Source: Amphiscolops sp. MND2022 (Eukaryota). From it: a stretch of DNA of 64,000 bases. A program made the translations under genes and the position numbers. Positions 32,401 through 45,800 of this stretch are shown here, one piece after another. The notes below the pieces were generated by a model. That model was not told where the DNA came from. It was given only the letters and a program-made list of their open reading frames with translations, and made no database searches. Position 1 is the stretch's first letter. Each line of letters opens with the position of its first letter. The stretch covers positions 23,810,001-23,874,000 of the forward strand of contig OZ076409.1 of assembly GCA_964187785.1 (NCBI GenBank), read 5' to 3'.

Positions 32401-35012
32401 CATGCGTTTGTATGATTCAGGCATGCTGCATTTGAAGCAGACAGCTCCAGGCGGCTCGGAAACAGCCAAGATAGATTTGTTGCTCGACTGGTTTGACTCC
32501 ACTTTCGTCTCAGGGGCAGTAAAGGCAACGAGAATAACACACTCCGCCAAGTCAAAGGTAAGTAAATACAGCAATTCATCCAGCGAAAAATATTTTGAAC
32601 ACAACCTGTTCCTCGAGAATTTCAGTTTTTAGTCGGCGCTTTTCGTAGAAAGACGCAGACTATAGTAGTGACTTTTCTTTTTTTTAATCGGCGCTTTTCG
32701 TAGAAAAACGCAGACTACAGTAGTGACTTTTCTTTTTTTTAAGACCAACGAAGTGACAGATTTTATAAGCTTTATAAGCTGGCTTCCACTAACTGCATAA
32801 AGACTACTGGCACTTGGCATAGAGTTTAATTAGGCTTTTTTGAGGTCTGCCGAGCAGAAGGACATGGGTTCGAGTCCCACCCATGACCAAAAATTTTTTT
32901 GTGCAGGTTTTTTCGGCATGGTGAGACTTTTTTCGCAATTTTTTTTAATATCTCCAAAGGGTCCCCCTTCATTTTTTTTCTATTTTGCAAAAGAATGGAT
33001 GTTCAAAAACTCTCAAAGGCCCCCTTTTACATTTTTCGGCACTATGCGACTTACCGGAGACCAAAAAAAATTCGAAAAAAAAATCGGAAATATTTTCAAT
33101 TATTTTCTCACGCGGGTACTGTAGAAGAGAATACTTGACACTTTGAAGTCCTTTTGCTATTTTTGAGCCTTAGATATGGGGCCGACTTGGGCCGTTCCCT
33201 GCTTGTTTGAAGTAGGTCTTTGTTCAAGTATCGGAACCTTTCAAAGGGTATCAACTAACTCATCAGCAAAACTAAGAAATTTCACCATTTTGAGTCGAGT
33301 GGTGTATTACTGAATTACTTTTGTGTTTGTCGATATCAATGAAATAACCATTCCTAGGATTGTATTATGTTTCTGATATATCTCTAATTTCTGCCGTCTT
33401 TCCGAAACTTCTGTATAACTTTGAAAATGAAGGGTTTGTTGGGTATGTTGAAGGGAATCTCCAAGATGCTTGCCAGCCATATCACAACAGGCGCTGCTGC
33501 GGCCACTGAGACTATAGAGCTACACCAGAACAATGCACCGTTTCCTCCAGAGAAGTGGAACTTTCACGACGCCATCGTGTCTGCCAGCACAAGGAGTGAT
33601 AACCTCTTAGAGGGCTCCTATTGGACCATTAAACATCTCATTGGCAAGTGCTGCTACATTCATTCCTACATTAAAATGCTTGTTCATTTGTTCTATTGCG
33701 ACCCAAATTTCTATGATACTGTCAATAGATGAAGGTATAAACTTGATATATTAGGAGAATCGAAAAATTCATGTCTAACTTCGTTCACGAACAATATTGT
33801 GTTCAGCTATTGTTATACACCGTTCAAATGTCGAATTTGGCTCATTGAATCACATGGCTTATTAGCGTGGTCATCTTATAAATTGTATATTTTTATTATT
33901 TCTGCGATAGCAGGAATATTAGTGAAATCTGAAGATGTCTACTTTTTTTCAGTAAAATTCTCGCACGATACTGAATAATTCAGATATTTTGTTCGGCAGT
34001 GTTTGTAAGCGTGAGAATTAAATTTCTCATGCTGCCGACGGCAATTCAATTCTTGTGCGATGGAACGAGCGAGTGGTAATTATGCATTCGTACGCTGACG
34101 TCATTGAGATGAAGCGAACGAATGTTCGTAATTGTGCTTTCTTTGCGCCGAGTTATTGAGATGAAGCGAATGAGTGTCAAATATTGGTTCGCGGAGAGCT
34201 TCGCGTGCATTCAAATATATATTTGCTTCAGTCCGAGATTTACTACTATTACTACTAAAAGACTGAATTGATTCTAGTCAGAAATGGATTCTAGAAAGAA
34301 ATACTTGATGATATTTACATGTACAGATTTTTTTAACAGATTTAAAGGCGGCATAAACTGTTACAGTAATTAATTGTGCGCTAAATAATGATTAAACAGG
34401 AGTGTATTGGTATTCTAGATATGATTCTATTATTAATGAAAGATTAAAGCAGAAATAATAGTGTGCCCCGGAGGGGCCTATTTTTTATATTGAGAGCAGT
34501 AGACTCTACTGCTTGCAGCGGATTGACACTGAGAAACTTTCCGACGAGCCCTCCCTTCAACATTGGCAAATGCAACATTTTTCATCTTTTCAGCTTAGGT
34601 TCTCGATACGTACTGTCCCTTTCTCTTTTTTAAACTGTTAAGATAATAGTTCTGATAATGTAGTCAAAAGCCACATCTACTGGTAAAATTGATTTTTCTT
34701 GGTTTCTAAAAAAATAATTTTAACTTGACCGCTGTCTGTTAATTATGTTGAAACATCTTCATCGTCTCAGGTCACAACAGGCCCTCGTTCTACCGCGCAA
34801 TCAAGTACTTGCGCATGGAAGAGAACTGGGCGACTAAGCGTATCGAGGATCATGAGCACGGGAGACTTCTGCTGCCTCGCATCACGAAGAAGAATCTTCT
34901 GCAGATGCAAGACAAGATCTCCAGGTACTGTGTGTCCTACAGGGAAGGAGACATTGACATGAGCACCTTTCTCATGGCCGTGGCCAAGACCATTCGTCTG
35001 GGAGAAATGTAA
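26408..35012 (+). CDS. Multi-exon FLYWCH + MULE transposase-derived gene; exons 26408-26638, 29658-29883, 30291-30626, 31083-31279, 31538-31907, 32421-32557, 33454-33643, 34771-35012
   Basis: All seven introns are phase-compatible (0,1,1,0,1,0,1; last donor GC). FLYWCH-like GHLY..WRC....CPA..H.H; MULE motifs FLLYDN, FAQLYLI, LDYEK.AINAL, GRFFHL, LAFLP, FPPEKWN, RSDNLLEG. The exon 1-2 link is least certain. Confidence 0.75.
26667..27960. repeat. Cluster of HINE-like fragments (family A-related) in both orientations
   Basis: AACAAGTCGTGAACGGCCCAAATCG..CTCAAGGTTCAAAA end at 26667; its reverse complement near 27590-27710; a further copy from ~27735. Confidence 0.55.
26951..27417 (+). mobile_element. 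HINE-like family B
   Basis: 5' hairpin TTATTATTTCTGCTATAGCAGGAATAAT; 3' subTIR AGCAGAAATAATAA followed by stem-loop GCCCCGCAGGGGGC and T-run; homologous copies at 33890, 38257 and 50880. Confidence 0.75.
30796..31031. mobile_element. MITE-like insertion
   Basis: Imperfect TIRs GGTTTCCGGACATTACGCCC / GGGCGTAATGTCCTAGAACC; internal segment similar to ~39155-39230. Confidence 0.5.
32626..33208 (+). mobile_element. HINE-like family A, full length
   Basis: TTTTTAGTCGGCGCTTTTC.. 5' hairpin (duplicated) and 3' AGATATGGGGCCGACTT-GGGCCGTTCCCTGC-TTGTTT. Confidence 0.75.
33890..34486 (+). mobile_element. HINE-like family B, full length
   Basis: Same termini as 26951-27417 (TTATTATTTCTGC..GCAGGAATA; AGCAGAAATAATA..GCCCCGGAGGGGC-CTATTTTTT). 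Confidence 0.75.
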
Positions 35013-36837
35013 ATTATTTTGTATTCTACAGTAGTCTACTCTCGTTCACTTTTATTTTTCTTGCTTTTGTACTTCTTTATGTTCAATTCCAATTCAATTT
35101 TGATCAAGCTATTTTTCATATCTGTAGACTAGAATAGTTGTTTCCGTGTCTTACAAGGATGATTGGGGAGCTTGCGTTTCAGCTAGAAAACGTGATTTTG
35201 CCTTGCCAAAATCATTGCAACAATAAATGGCCCCAAAGAGATAATTGTTTTCTGAAACAATTATATGTAGCCAAATTTGTCTGTTTTTACAAATAAATTG
35301 TTGACAACAGGTAATTTTTGGAAAATGATAATTCTACGGACGCTGGACCATTTTTGAAGCGTTGAAATCCCATTGTTTTTTAACGAAATGTTTACCTATT
35401 TACGAAATGCATTTACTTCAACTCTCAGCACGTAGTATAACTTTCTTATCAGCTAGAGGATACATTTATCGACATTAAGTAATCGAGTGTTCACTAATTG
35501 ATCATTCGCTGAAAGCTTCACCCGTTTCAAATTAAGGAATCAAAGGGTCATAACAGCCTAATAAAAATATACCGTACAAGATTCGGATCCTTTCATCCTA
35601 AATTATTTTGCAGCAAAGTTGAAATTTTTCTGAGAAATCTATTTGAAATTGAAGTTCTACTTCTGAGATTTTTGAAGGAAATAATTTCATCACGAATGAA
35701 AATTTATGAGGAAAAGATAAAGTTCTCAGATTTTATTGGGAACTTTTACATTAGCAGAAATATTACTGCGCCTGTGCCCCAAAGGGGTTCATTGTTTTAC
35801 TCGATTTCTTTTGTATTGTTTCATCGAAAAATAACTGCCTTAAGAGTGATATAAATGGTACCGATTATTTCGAGGAGTACTTGACAGAAATGAGAAAAAT
35901 TTTTAAATTAAAGATAGTTTTCCCAGACTTTTCAAACGTTCTGATCTGTCGATTCTTAGTCGAAAGTGAGCTAGTTTCGCGCGGTCCTTATCTTTGACAT
36001 ATCTTGATCGGAAAAAAGCAGAACATTTTTTTCCTAATTCTTTCTCATTCGCCGCAAATCAACTCTAATCCCAAACCTATGGTATGTGTGAATCAACTGA
36101 ACCCTAATCATACAATTTTGTTAAACTTCAAAAGTTTCTCTTGAATTCCTGAGAGCCTATGGTTGCTCAAAAAGAAAAATGGGATTTTTTGAAAAGCATT
36201 TTTAAGGCAATAATTGGTTAGTAGTGAATTCATTTTACAGTTTCACAGTTAACACTTTTTATTCAGTTTCACGATAACATTCTTCTTCGGTTCTCTAACT
36301 TGATTCTTCAATTTTGAAGGTTAACTACCCTAAGATTAATTTCAATTGAGTTTTTTTGAGATTTTTTCGAGGAAAGTAGTGGTAAAAGTAATTTTTGAAC
36401 GATTTCAAATTTTCGATCGTTTCCCTCAAAATCGTTTAACTCAAAGCCTTCCGTACCGAGCCTAATGAAAGGGTTTCGATTCTAGATTCAATCAGGTAAA
36501 CAAATATCCAGCTTTTTGATTTCATTTTGTGTTCTGTTTTAAGTTCCCGAGAAACTACAGTCAGTCAAAAGAAATAAATTTCGAAAGTTTTCAAAGCCAA
36601 AATTCATTTGGTTAACAGTAAATTCGTTTGCCAAGTAATCAATTGCCAACAAAAAACAGTTCTCTGTGTCACATGCTGCCAAGACATTTTGTCTATAGTC
36701 TTGATATGAGTTTATTAAAAACTTGAACTCAACTGAGGAAAGTACGGAGAAGACTTGCTGACAATCTGAAAGAAATATTGTAGCAAACTATTTTGAACTA
36801 ATACAACACGTGTTAATATAATCAAGAAATATGAAAG

Positions 36838-39800
36838 TCAAAAATCCCAAAGTGAGCTGAAACGACGAAACTGGCGAATAGCTTTCTTGCCTGAACGATT
36901 CCAGAGGAAAAGAGCTGTAGCCACGAATGTTACGGAACACCACACAGCCAACACTATCCCCCATGGAAAAGACTCTTTCTTCCTCAGGCACCTACAAGAT
37001 GTATGCACTATAAATAATGGTTGTTTCGAAAATTTTAATTTTCAGCAACACCTTGATGAATTATGTTTACCCAGTAGTTTGAAACAGTTTTCGAGTTACT
37101 GAATATTTCGGGTTACTGAGAAATTCTCAAGTTCTTTTTGCTACGAAAACAAGCAACATGATTTCCAATGCAAAAGATATAGACTTCAAGGGTTACTTAT
37201 CCCCGTGTCATGATGAAATCCGTTCAAAGGAATGACGAAGGTGTTGAATGCCTTAATTTTGTTTATAACTTATGATCATCTGCCTTTGATGAAGTTTATA
37301 AAACTGGCTACTCCTGACCTGTAGCTGGAATGAGATGAGTCACACTGACATTGTACTAGAGAGGGGCCATCTGGAAGACAGACGCTGTTGTCGCCAGGAC
37401 AACTCTTGGACTCACAAGCGTCGATCTGGTCCTCACAAGTTGTCTTTTTCTCACCATCTGTGATGTACTTCCACGTCGTGAACCCATTCCCTGGACATAA
37501 ATGCCCACCGGGCATCTCCAACTTGTATAGATTGTAAAGACCTCGGAAATCGTCGGTTTGTTCTTCTGAATTGTCAATGAAGCAAAATTACCCTAGGTTG
37601 AAAAAAATGTAATTCTTGAAAATATCTTGCAAGATGTCTTGCAAGATCTTGCAAGTCAGTGCATTATTCTTGCAAAATGTCTTGCAAGATTTTTGCTAGA
37701 AATGAATTGACATTGTGTTATACTTGCTGGGGAAGTGTCGAACTTTCAAGATATTTGCATGCTTCGACTGAAAATTGATCATAGGCGTACATTTTTGGAA
37801 AAAAACGCACAAAAACAAGAGAAAAATCATCTTTTTTGACAATTGGTGAAGCTGTTGACTACGTTATCATAACACAGTTGTTATCTTGCAAGATTTGCAT
37901 GGTCTTGCAAGATTCTTGCACGACTGGCATTCTAATTTATCATCTTGCAAGATTTGCATTGTCTTGCAAGACTGGCATCGGCTTGCAAGAATACCATGTT
38001 TTGTAAGAAACTTGCAAGATAAGTGCAAGATTTCAATTTCTTCCAAACTAGGGTAGTATGATTCCTTCAAACAGTATGAGATGAACAAGTATTAATTGTG
38101 CGTAAGTTGAAATGTTGTAGAAGCCGTAGATGTGATCTTTTCCAAACTTCTATCGTCTCACTTTCGTCGACGATTCTGGTCGTTGTGAGGCAGCGCTACT
38201 CCAAGTCTTCAACTAGTTTATTTGATTCTCGTAATTGCGAGGAAAGGCTTTCATTAAGATGAAGCGAACGAGTGTTAATTATTCGTACGTCGAGAGCTTC
38301 GCAATGATTCGAATGCGAAACGCGATATGCGCTTCGTACTTTCATTATCTTCAGTCCGAGAAGAATCAAAGCCGTTGTAAACTCGCTGGTGCAGTGATAA
38401 ATTGTGCGCCATATAATGAATTAACAGAAGTTATTTCAGATGTTTTTATTATTGGACGTTGAAGTTAATGGTGGTTGTAAACTCAAGCAGAAATATTACT
38501 GTGCCCCATGGGGGCCTATTTTTGAAAAATGCTGTCAGCAAGAGTTTCAATCAGGTAGGGGCCAGGTGCTTTTTTCTACTGAAAGGTCTTCCTGAAACCT
38601 TACAATTCTATGTCGATGCAGATGTCCTATCTTTATATTATATACAAAAACACAAATTAAAAACATTTGATTCGACGGAAGATCATGTGTGTGTGTGAAA
38701 AATGTCGAATACTTTTCTACTTCTGCTTCGCCATGCAGTGGAAAGTTCACTTCACAAGTTGGATGTAACAGACTAACTAACCAAAGTTGTTTTCTTGAAG
38801 AGAAAGAACTTGGATAGAATTCAAGACATTGCCCAGTCTTTGCAAACATGTGGCGTCAGTAATTTCACAGCTACGCAGATCTAGTCCAATAAGTGCCATG
38901 CTTGTGCCGTTGAAACAACACCTATCTTCTTCTATGCCCTGAACAATTCAAATGCCAAATAGTCTGAATTTTTCCAGGTCTGTGGACTTATAATTACAAG
39001 CGGATCGGAAATCTTTTCACTTGGACGCCACAAAACGATCGATTTTAAAGCGTAACAAAATAACCGATTTTTGAAACGTAGCAAAAGGACCTGATCAGCT
39101 ACGAAGACACACACATAGTGCCCTATGTACAGGAGCGAAGCGGAGTGACGTGCCATTACCGGTATTCTAGTGGCTAGTTTTGACGAAGGCCGACTCGGAG
39201 GGCACAAACCGCTCCGTAAGGAGGAACGCAGAGTTATAATAACTTTATCAAAAGATGCTTTCTAAATTGGTCATTTTGCTACATCCGAAATTTTGTTACG
39301 TTTCCAAAAGCGGCCATTTTGTTACACTTTCGAAATAAGCCCTTTTGGTATGTGAAGATTGGCACATTTATTTTGTGGTGCTTTCATTTCCACGCATTTC
39401 AGATTCATTAAAAACTTGTTGCGAAATGTACAATTTTTTTAGAAGCTGAGAAATTGATGAATCTAGCCGTGCTTACTTTTTAAGTCGTACTACCGCTGAA
39501 CTATTCTTTAGTTTTGCTCAACTAGCGCACGCTCATAGCAGCTTGTAAGATAAATTATAGACAGGAAACGATTATTGGCTATATGATAAACAGCTGGGAG
39601 GTTTTTCACGGGAGGACTGCTCAAACTCATCACTGAACAGTATTTGTTTTACTCCGGTGAACAAAATCTATTCTTTTAAAGTACTAAAGCTTATATTTCA
39701 AGATTTGGATTCTAAGTGGTTTTGATGCACAAGGCCGTTGTGTAAAGGTACAGGGTTGCCGTTTTTTATGGGTCAAGGAATTTTAAGAAAATTGGAGTTG

Positions 39801-42800
39801 GCCAAAAACGGAATTTTGGAAAAATCTAATCTTTATTTGCTAGAATTCACCTTTACTAATGCTTGTGCCGTTCAAAGCAAACACGGTACCAACAAAATAG
39901 GAAATAAAAACAGTGCTAAAGAATATTGGCAATTAGCAAAATGAATCAGAAGTTGAAAAAAGGTAGGCTGCTTTAAAATGTCTAGGTTATTTAAGGTGAT
40001 ATTAAGCTTGTGGAAATGAAAGTTTTGTGGAAATGTCAATTCTTTTTTGCAAATTTACAGATTTCGCGTTGTAGAGGACAGACAAACTCACTTAAACTAA
40101 TTAGTTTGCTTGTACTATTTATACTTACTAATTTAAAGTACCTGCCCGCCACATAAGTGCGGATGAACTGAATATTCAGTGATAGAAAAAGAAGATACCA
40201 GAATCAGTTGAATTTTAATAAACAATATCTTTCTCCTTACAAGTCAGCTATAGATACAACATGGCGCAGTCAGAGTAACCTTCACAAGTTACTGAAGATT
40301 AATGGACGACAGCACAAATACTTCTCCAAGAAATGGAGGATTCAACGGGACGGTGACGGAAACGCACCAACGCGAACAACCGCCACCAAACGATACAATG
40401 AACAGAACCACAGAACGGACTTGCACACAGAAACTCACCATTCCAACATTGGACAAGCAAGACTATACCAATGCAAACATGTGGTGGCGGAAATTCGTAC
40501 AGTACATAAAAATGACGAAAGACTTAGATCTATCAGCAATGACAAACAGCAAAGAGATACTGCCACAATACCGTGATCAACTAGAAACAGAGATAAAGGA
40601 CATATTTTTGTGGGCAATCGGACAAAACGCTATCACGGAAATGACCAAAACGGTTAGAGAAAGAGAACCAAGCTCATTACTGTTACACAAACTGTACTCA
40701 TTATTCCGGTTACATTTCACTCCAGAACAGAATGTCCACCACAGTAGAGCCGATTTTTTCGAATTGAAACGAGAAGAAGGAGAGTCAGCGGCAGATGTCT
40801 GGAAATGGATACTGGCAATCGAAAGAAATTGCGAATTTGAAACAATAACCGCGGCAGAACTACTAGCATCAAAGTTCCTCTCGGTAATCGGCAAATCAAC
40901 AGGCGACTACGACCTCAAGAAAAAAATCAGAAAAAGTGACATGTCAGTAGAAGCAATAACCGAAGCACTACATGAACATATGTACGAAAAATTAAACGAC
41001 TCACCAGAAACAGAAGAGGAGAAGCAAATTAGATACCTCAACAAAAGGAAAGCAAAAAGCTATAAAGAACACACGGATAAACCAATCAAATTAAAAAAAA
41101 TGGACTGCAATAGATGCGGAGCTCCGAACTGGTCGAGACAACACGAATGCCCAGCCAGAGGAAAGAAATGTACAAAATGCGACAAGATCGGCCATTACGC
41201 AAAATATTGCAGAACAAATAAAAAGATAAACCGCATACAAGAACACGGAACCAGTAGTGCGGAAGAAGACGACTGGTCACCGAACACAATCCATTGCATT
41301 AACCAAAAGATCCATTCAACGCGTCAATTGAATAAAGACGGTTCAGATTTCTTTACACTCACCGCATTGGTCAACAACCGACCAATCAAATTCATAATAG
41401 ACAGCGGATCACCGGTAACTCTAATACCGAAATCCCTCTTTAATAGAATAACACCGGTGAAACCGCTGAAAACGGAATACCGAGACGTAAACGACAACAG
41501 AATTAAATTTGAAGGAAAAACAACTGCAACAGTAGAAATAAACGGAAAGCGAAATAATCTGGAAATCCTGATCACTACGAAGAAAACCAACCCTTTGTTA
41601 GGCTTGGACTGGATGAAAAAATTGGGAATAACGCTGGAGACCGGTAGAACCGATCCACAAATAAATCGTATCGTTGAAGATCCGGATATTACCACTCTCA
41701 AAAGGAAATTCAAGAAACTCTTTCATGAAAACCATACGGTGAAAGGACTAGAAGTGGAAATACAATTAAAAGAAGACGCAAGGTTAATACAACAAAAAGG
41801 AAGGCCAATACCGATTCACTTACAACAATCGGTCGGAAAAGAAATTACCAAACTAATGAAACAAGGCCACATCGAAAAAGTAAGTAATATAGACGAAAAC
41901 TGTTTCGTCAGCCCGGCAGTAATAACTGTAAAGAAAGACAAATCGGTAAAAATCGCCTCAGACTCGAGAAAATTGAACGAGATTACGATCAAAAGAAAAT
42001 CCCAAATCCCAACATGGAGAAATTAATTTCCAGGATCTCCCGCAAAATCGCGGACGGACCGGCAGACGAAATCTGGACTCCGAAACTCGACCTAGACTAC
42101 GCATACGGTCAGTTATCATTGTCCAGAGAAGCCCGGAACCTGTGCATATTTGCCGTAACCGGTGGAAACCTTACCGGTTACTACCGTTTCCTGAAAGGGT
42201 TTTACGGGTTAGCGGACATACCGACAATATTCCAAGAAAAAATCGACCATACTTTAGAAAACAAACACCCAGCATGGCTAGACGATATAATAGTCGTAAC
42301 CAAAGGTTCAAAAGAACAACACAAAAAGGAACTAATAGATGTTCTAACCCAGCTAGAAAACGCTGGATACAAACTCAGCGAACACAAATCCGAATTTTTC
42401 AAAACGGAGATTGACTGGATTGGCCATAAAATTGACCAAAATGGAATCAGACCATTGCAAGATAAATTAATGGCAATAAAAGAATTGAAAAGACCCAACA
42501 ACGAAAAAGAACTCAAATCTTTTCTCGGAGCCATTCAATATTTATCCAAATATATCCACAATTTATCAGCACAAACAGATATCTTGATACAATTACTGAA
42601 GAAAGATAATGAATGGATATGGACTGAAGAACATACGCAAGCATTTGAGAATCTCAAACAAAAGATCACTGAAATACCGTGTTTGGATCATTATAATTCA
42701 GACTACCCAAACGTGATAACAACCGATGCCTGTACAAAAGGCCTCGGTGCGACTATATGGAAAGAACAACCCGACGGAAAACTGAAACCAATCGGCTTCG

Positions 42801-45800
42801 CAAGCCGATTCTTATCCGAAACCGAAAAAAAATACGCCATTAATGAACTCGAATTACTGGCCGTCGTTTGGGGGTTAGAACATTTTCGACTGTACATCTA
42901 CGGTAAACCGATCAAAATACTTACGGATCACCAAGCATTAGAACCGCTCATTAAACGCAACCGGTCCAATAAAACATACAGCGCGCGGTTGACAAGGTGG
43001 CTGGACCGATTAGCACACTTTACGATCAACGTAAACCATATCGCAGGCAAACATTTAGCACTCACGGATTACTTGAGTAGAAATCCGACAGCGCCGCCGC
43101 AAACGGATGACGAATACGACGAAGAATACGTCATCAACAACATCCTACCACACTACAAATTCATTTCCAAATACGGTTGCCTTAGCAACCAATCCGACCA
43201 ATCAGAAGGCGGAACGGACGAAACCGAACACAAAACAAACAATGAGTCCAGGTCAAAAGAAACGCGTGAACAAACCGCCATTGATTGCCGTAACAACACA
43301 GCGTTAACACGTAACTCTTTGAATACGAATTCCAAAAGCAATTCAAAAATTACAATGGATATCAAAACCACCGAACAAATTGCAGCTACCAATCCATCGA
43401 CCGAAACCACCGAGCTAGTTCAACGGTGGAAAGACATTGTCAAACCCGGTATTTACCGTCTAACCGGGGGAAATTGGAAGAAATACCACGAACCAAAATT
43501 CTTGAGAAATGAACGAAAACTAATCGAAGAAAGACTCAACAGACAGTGCGGGGTCGGGAACAAGGCGATTTAAGACAGAAAATCGGCCCACAACAAAGCG
43601 GAGGTTTCCAACCTCAAACGAGAAGATCAGAACAATGGACCGTAGACCCGTTCTGGGAACTAGATAGACCAACACCGACCCAACAACAACAAAACTTAAC
43701 CGGACCATCAGTCACACCGATGACAAATCAACAACTCGCCCACGTACCGATGGAAGAAGGCAAAATCGACTCCGAAACGGACCATGACCCGTCTGTTTTG
43801 GGAGTACCCGCTTGGAACTGGGCACGTCACGTGGGAGTAAAAAGTGTTCAGTATGTCAAGATGGGACATGCCCCAAGAGTAGCGGCCCAGGAAGAAAACA
43901 ACTGGGACCTCGAACAAGCCGTGCGCGAGACCGAGAGAAACTTCTCAACGGATCTACAGCTTCTACTGACGGAAACCACCAATGATCCGACCCTACTCAA
44001 AACACTGGTCAGTCTGGAGCGACAGCAATACGAACTGATACCAGAAGAATACCAGACATACAAAAAGAAATTATCCAGCAGGTTCGGTTTGGTTTTTATC
44101 GAGGACAAAATCATCGTCCCAAAGAACCTCCGAGCAACAGTTATTAGCCTATTACACAAAGGCCATCCTGCCTTCAACAAGATGACACTCGCCGCACGAC
44201 ATTTCTGGTGGCCACGGATGACTGAGGCAATACAAAAGAAGTGCGAGTCATGTCTTCCCTGCAAAATGTCTGGTAAGAACATTAAACCTAACATTCCAAG
44301 TACGGAAACAAATAGCCTCCCACCATTAAATAATCCAAACGAAGAAATTCAATTGGACTTCATCGAACCAATCACGGAACGTAACCGCCAGTTCTATATT
44401 TTACTGTCCATGGACCGGTACAGCAAATGGCCAGCCGCGAGCTTTTGCGCATCTACGGACGGCGAAACGGCAGTAAAATTCCTCGAACAGTACATCCGAC
44501 TAAACGGTGTACCGAAAACAATTAGGACACATAAGGCAACCGCCTTCACGGGACGCCTTTTTAGAGAATTTTGTAAAAAAACTATATATTAAACTAAAAT
44601 ACGGGACACCGTACATACACACACCCACTGGCCTGGTAGAATGAGGGGTTAGAACTCTGAAGGAAAACCTCTTAACTAATATAAAGGCCGGAGAACGATT
44701 TTGAAAAGCCTTAGACATATGCTTCGATGTAATGAGAAAAACGCCACACACACCGTTGAAAAAATCGGCCTTCGAATTGCACTACGGCAGAAAACCAAAT
44801 ACGGAAATAAGTAACTTATTAAACCTGGATGAAATAGAAAAACTAACAAAACGTTCCGTTTTGGCCAAACCAGATACCTTACAGGTGTATTCCTTCAGTG
44901 GAGCTGGCGGTGTGTCCGACCAGCTACCCATGAAGCCGAAGAAAAACACAAAGGGAGTAAGTAATTATCCTTCCTCATTTTTAGAAAAGAAACATCAACG
45001 AAATAAGTTTGAAAGTGCATATTCCGATAAACCACAATTAGCAATATCGGACACAAAACATACCGTAACTACACCTAACGGAAGAGTGATACATAGAAAA
45101 CTGATTAGTAAACCCATTGAAACATTTAACCAGGAGGCCAACAACAGAGGAACCGGACCACGCGGGACAGACGGCCGTTTTATCAAATCACCATCCAAAC
45201 AGAGACGGACAATGGTGATCGACTCCGAGGACGACCTAGAAACACCGTTGATGGACCTGATCAGCCCAAAACACCAGAATTTCCGAATACTACGGTTACA
45301 AAGAGAGTCTCAATCGGCCGAGGCAGGCCCAAGCTGATCAGAGACCGAACCAGTACAAGCTCACCCCAAACCAGCCCAGACAACAACACCACGCAAGGAA
45401 GCAACATGGGCCCACTGATTATCATAACCACGAATATGACAGACACGGAAGTAGACCGTGCCATAGAAGACGCTAAAAGCGCCGAACAAGGAAATTTTAT
45501 CCGGGACGAAAACGGTACGTTATTTACTGATAATAAACCTCATCCGAGCACAGTTGAAGATAACCTGGAAAATTCTAATCTAGATTTAGCAAGCAATTTG
45601 AGCTCCAGTACTGAAATTGAAACCGAAGAAAAAGAACCTATACGCAGATCAAAAAGACTGACAAAAACTAACCCTATTGTGAGATATTATAACCCAGCCT
45701 GTTATGATTACAGGTCACACCGTAGAAAGGCTGACGTCGGATCTCACACAGAATCAAATGGACGCTGGACAGAAGGGGGAAAACAGCAGCCTCTAAACCA

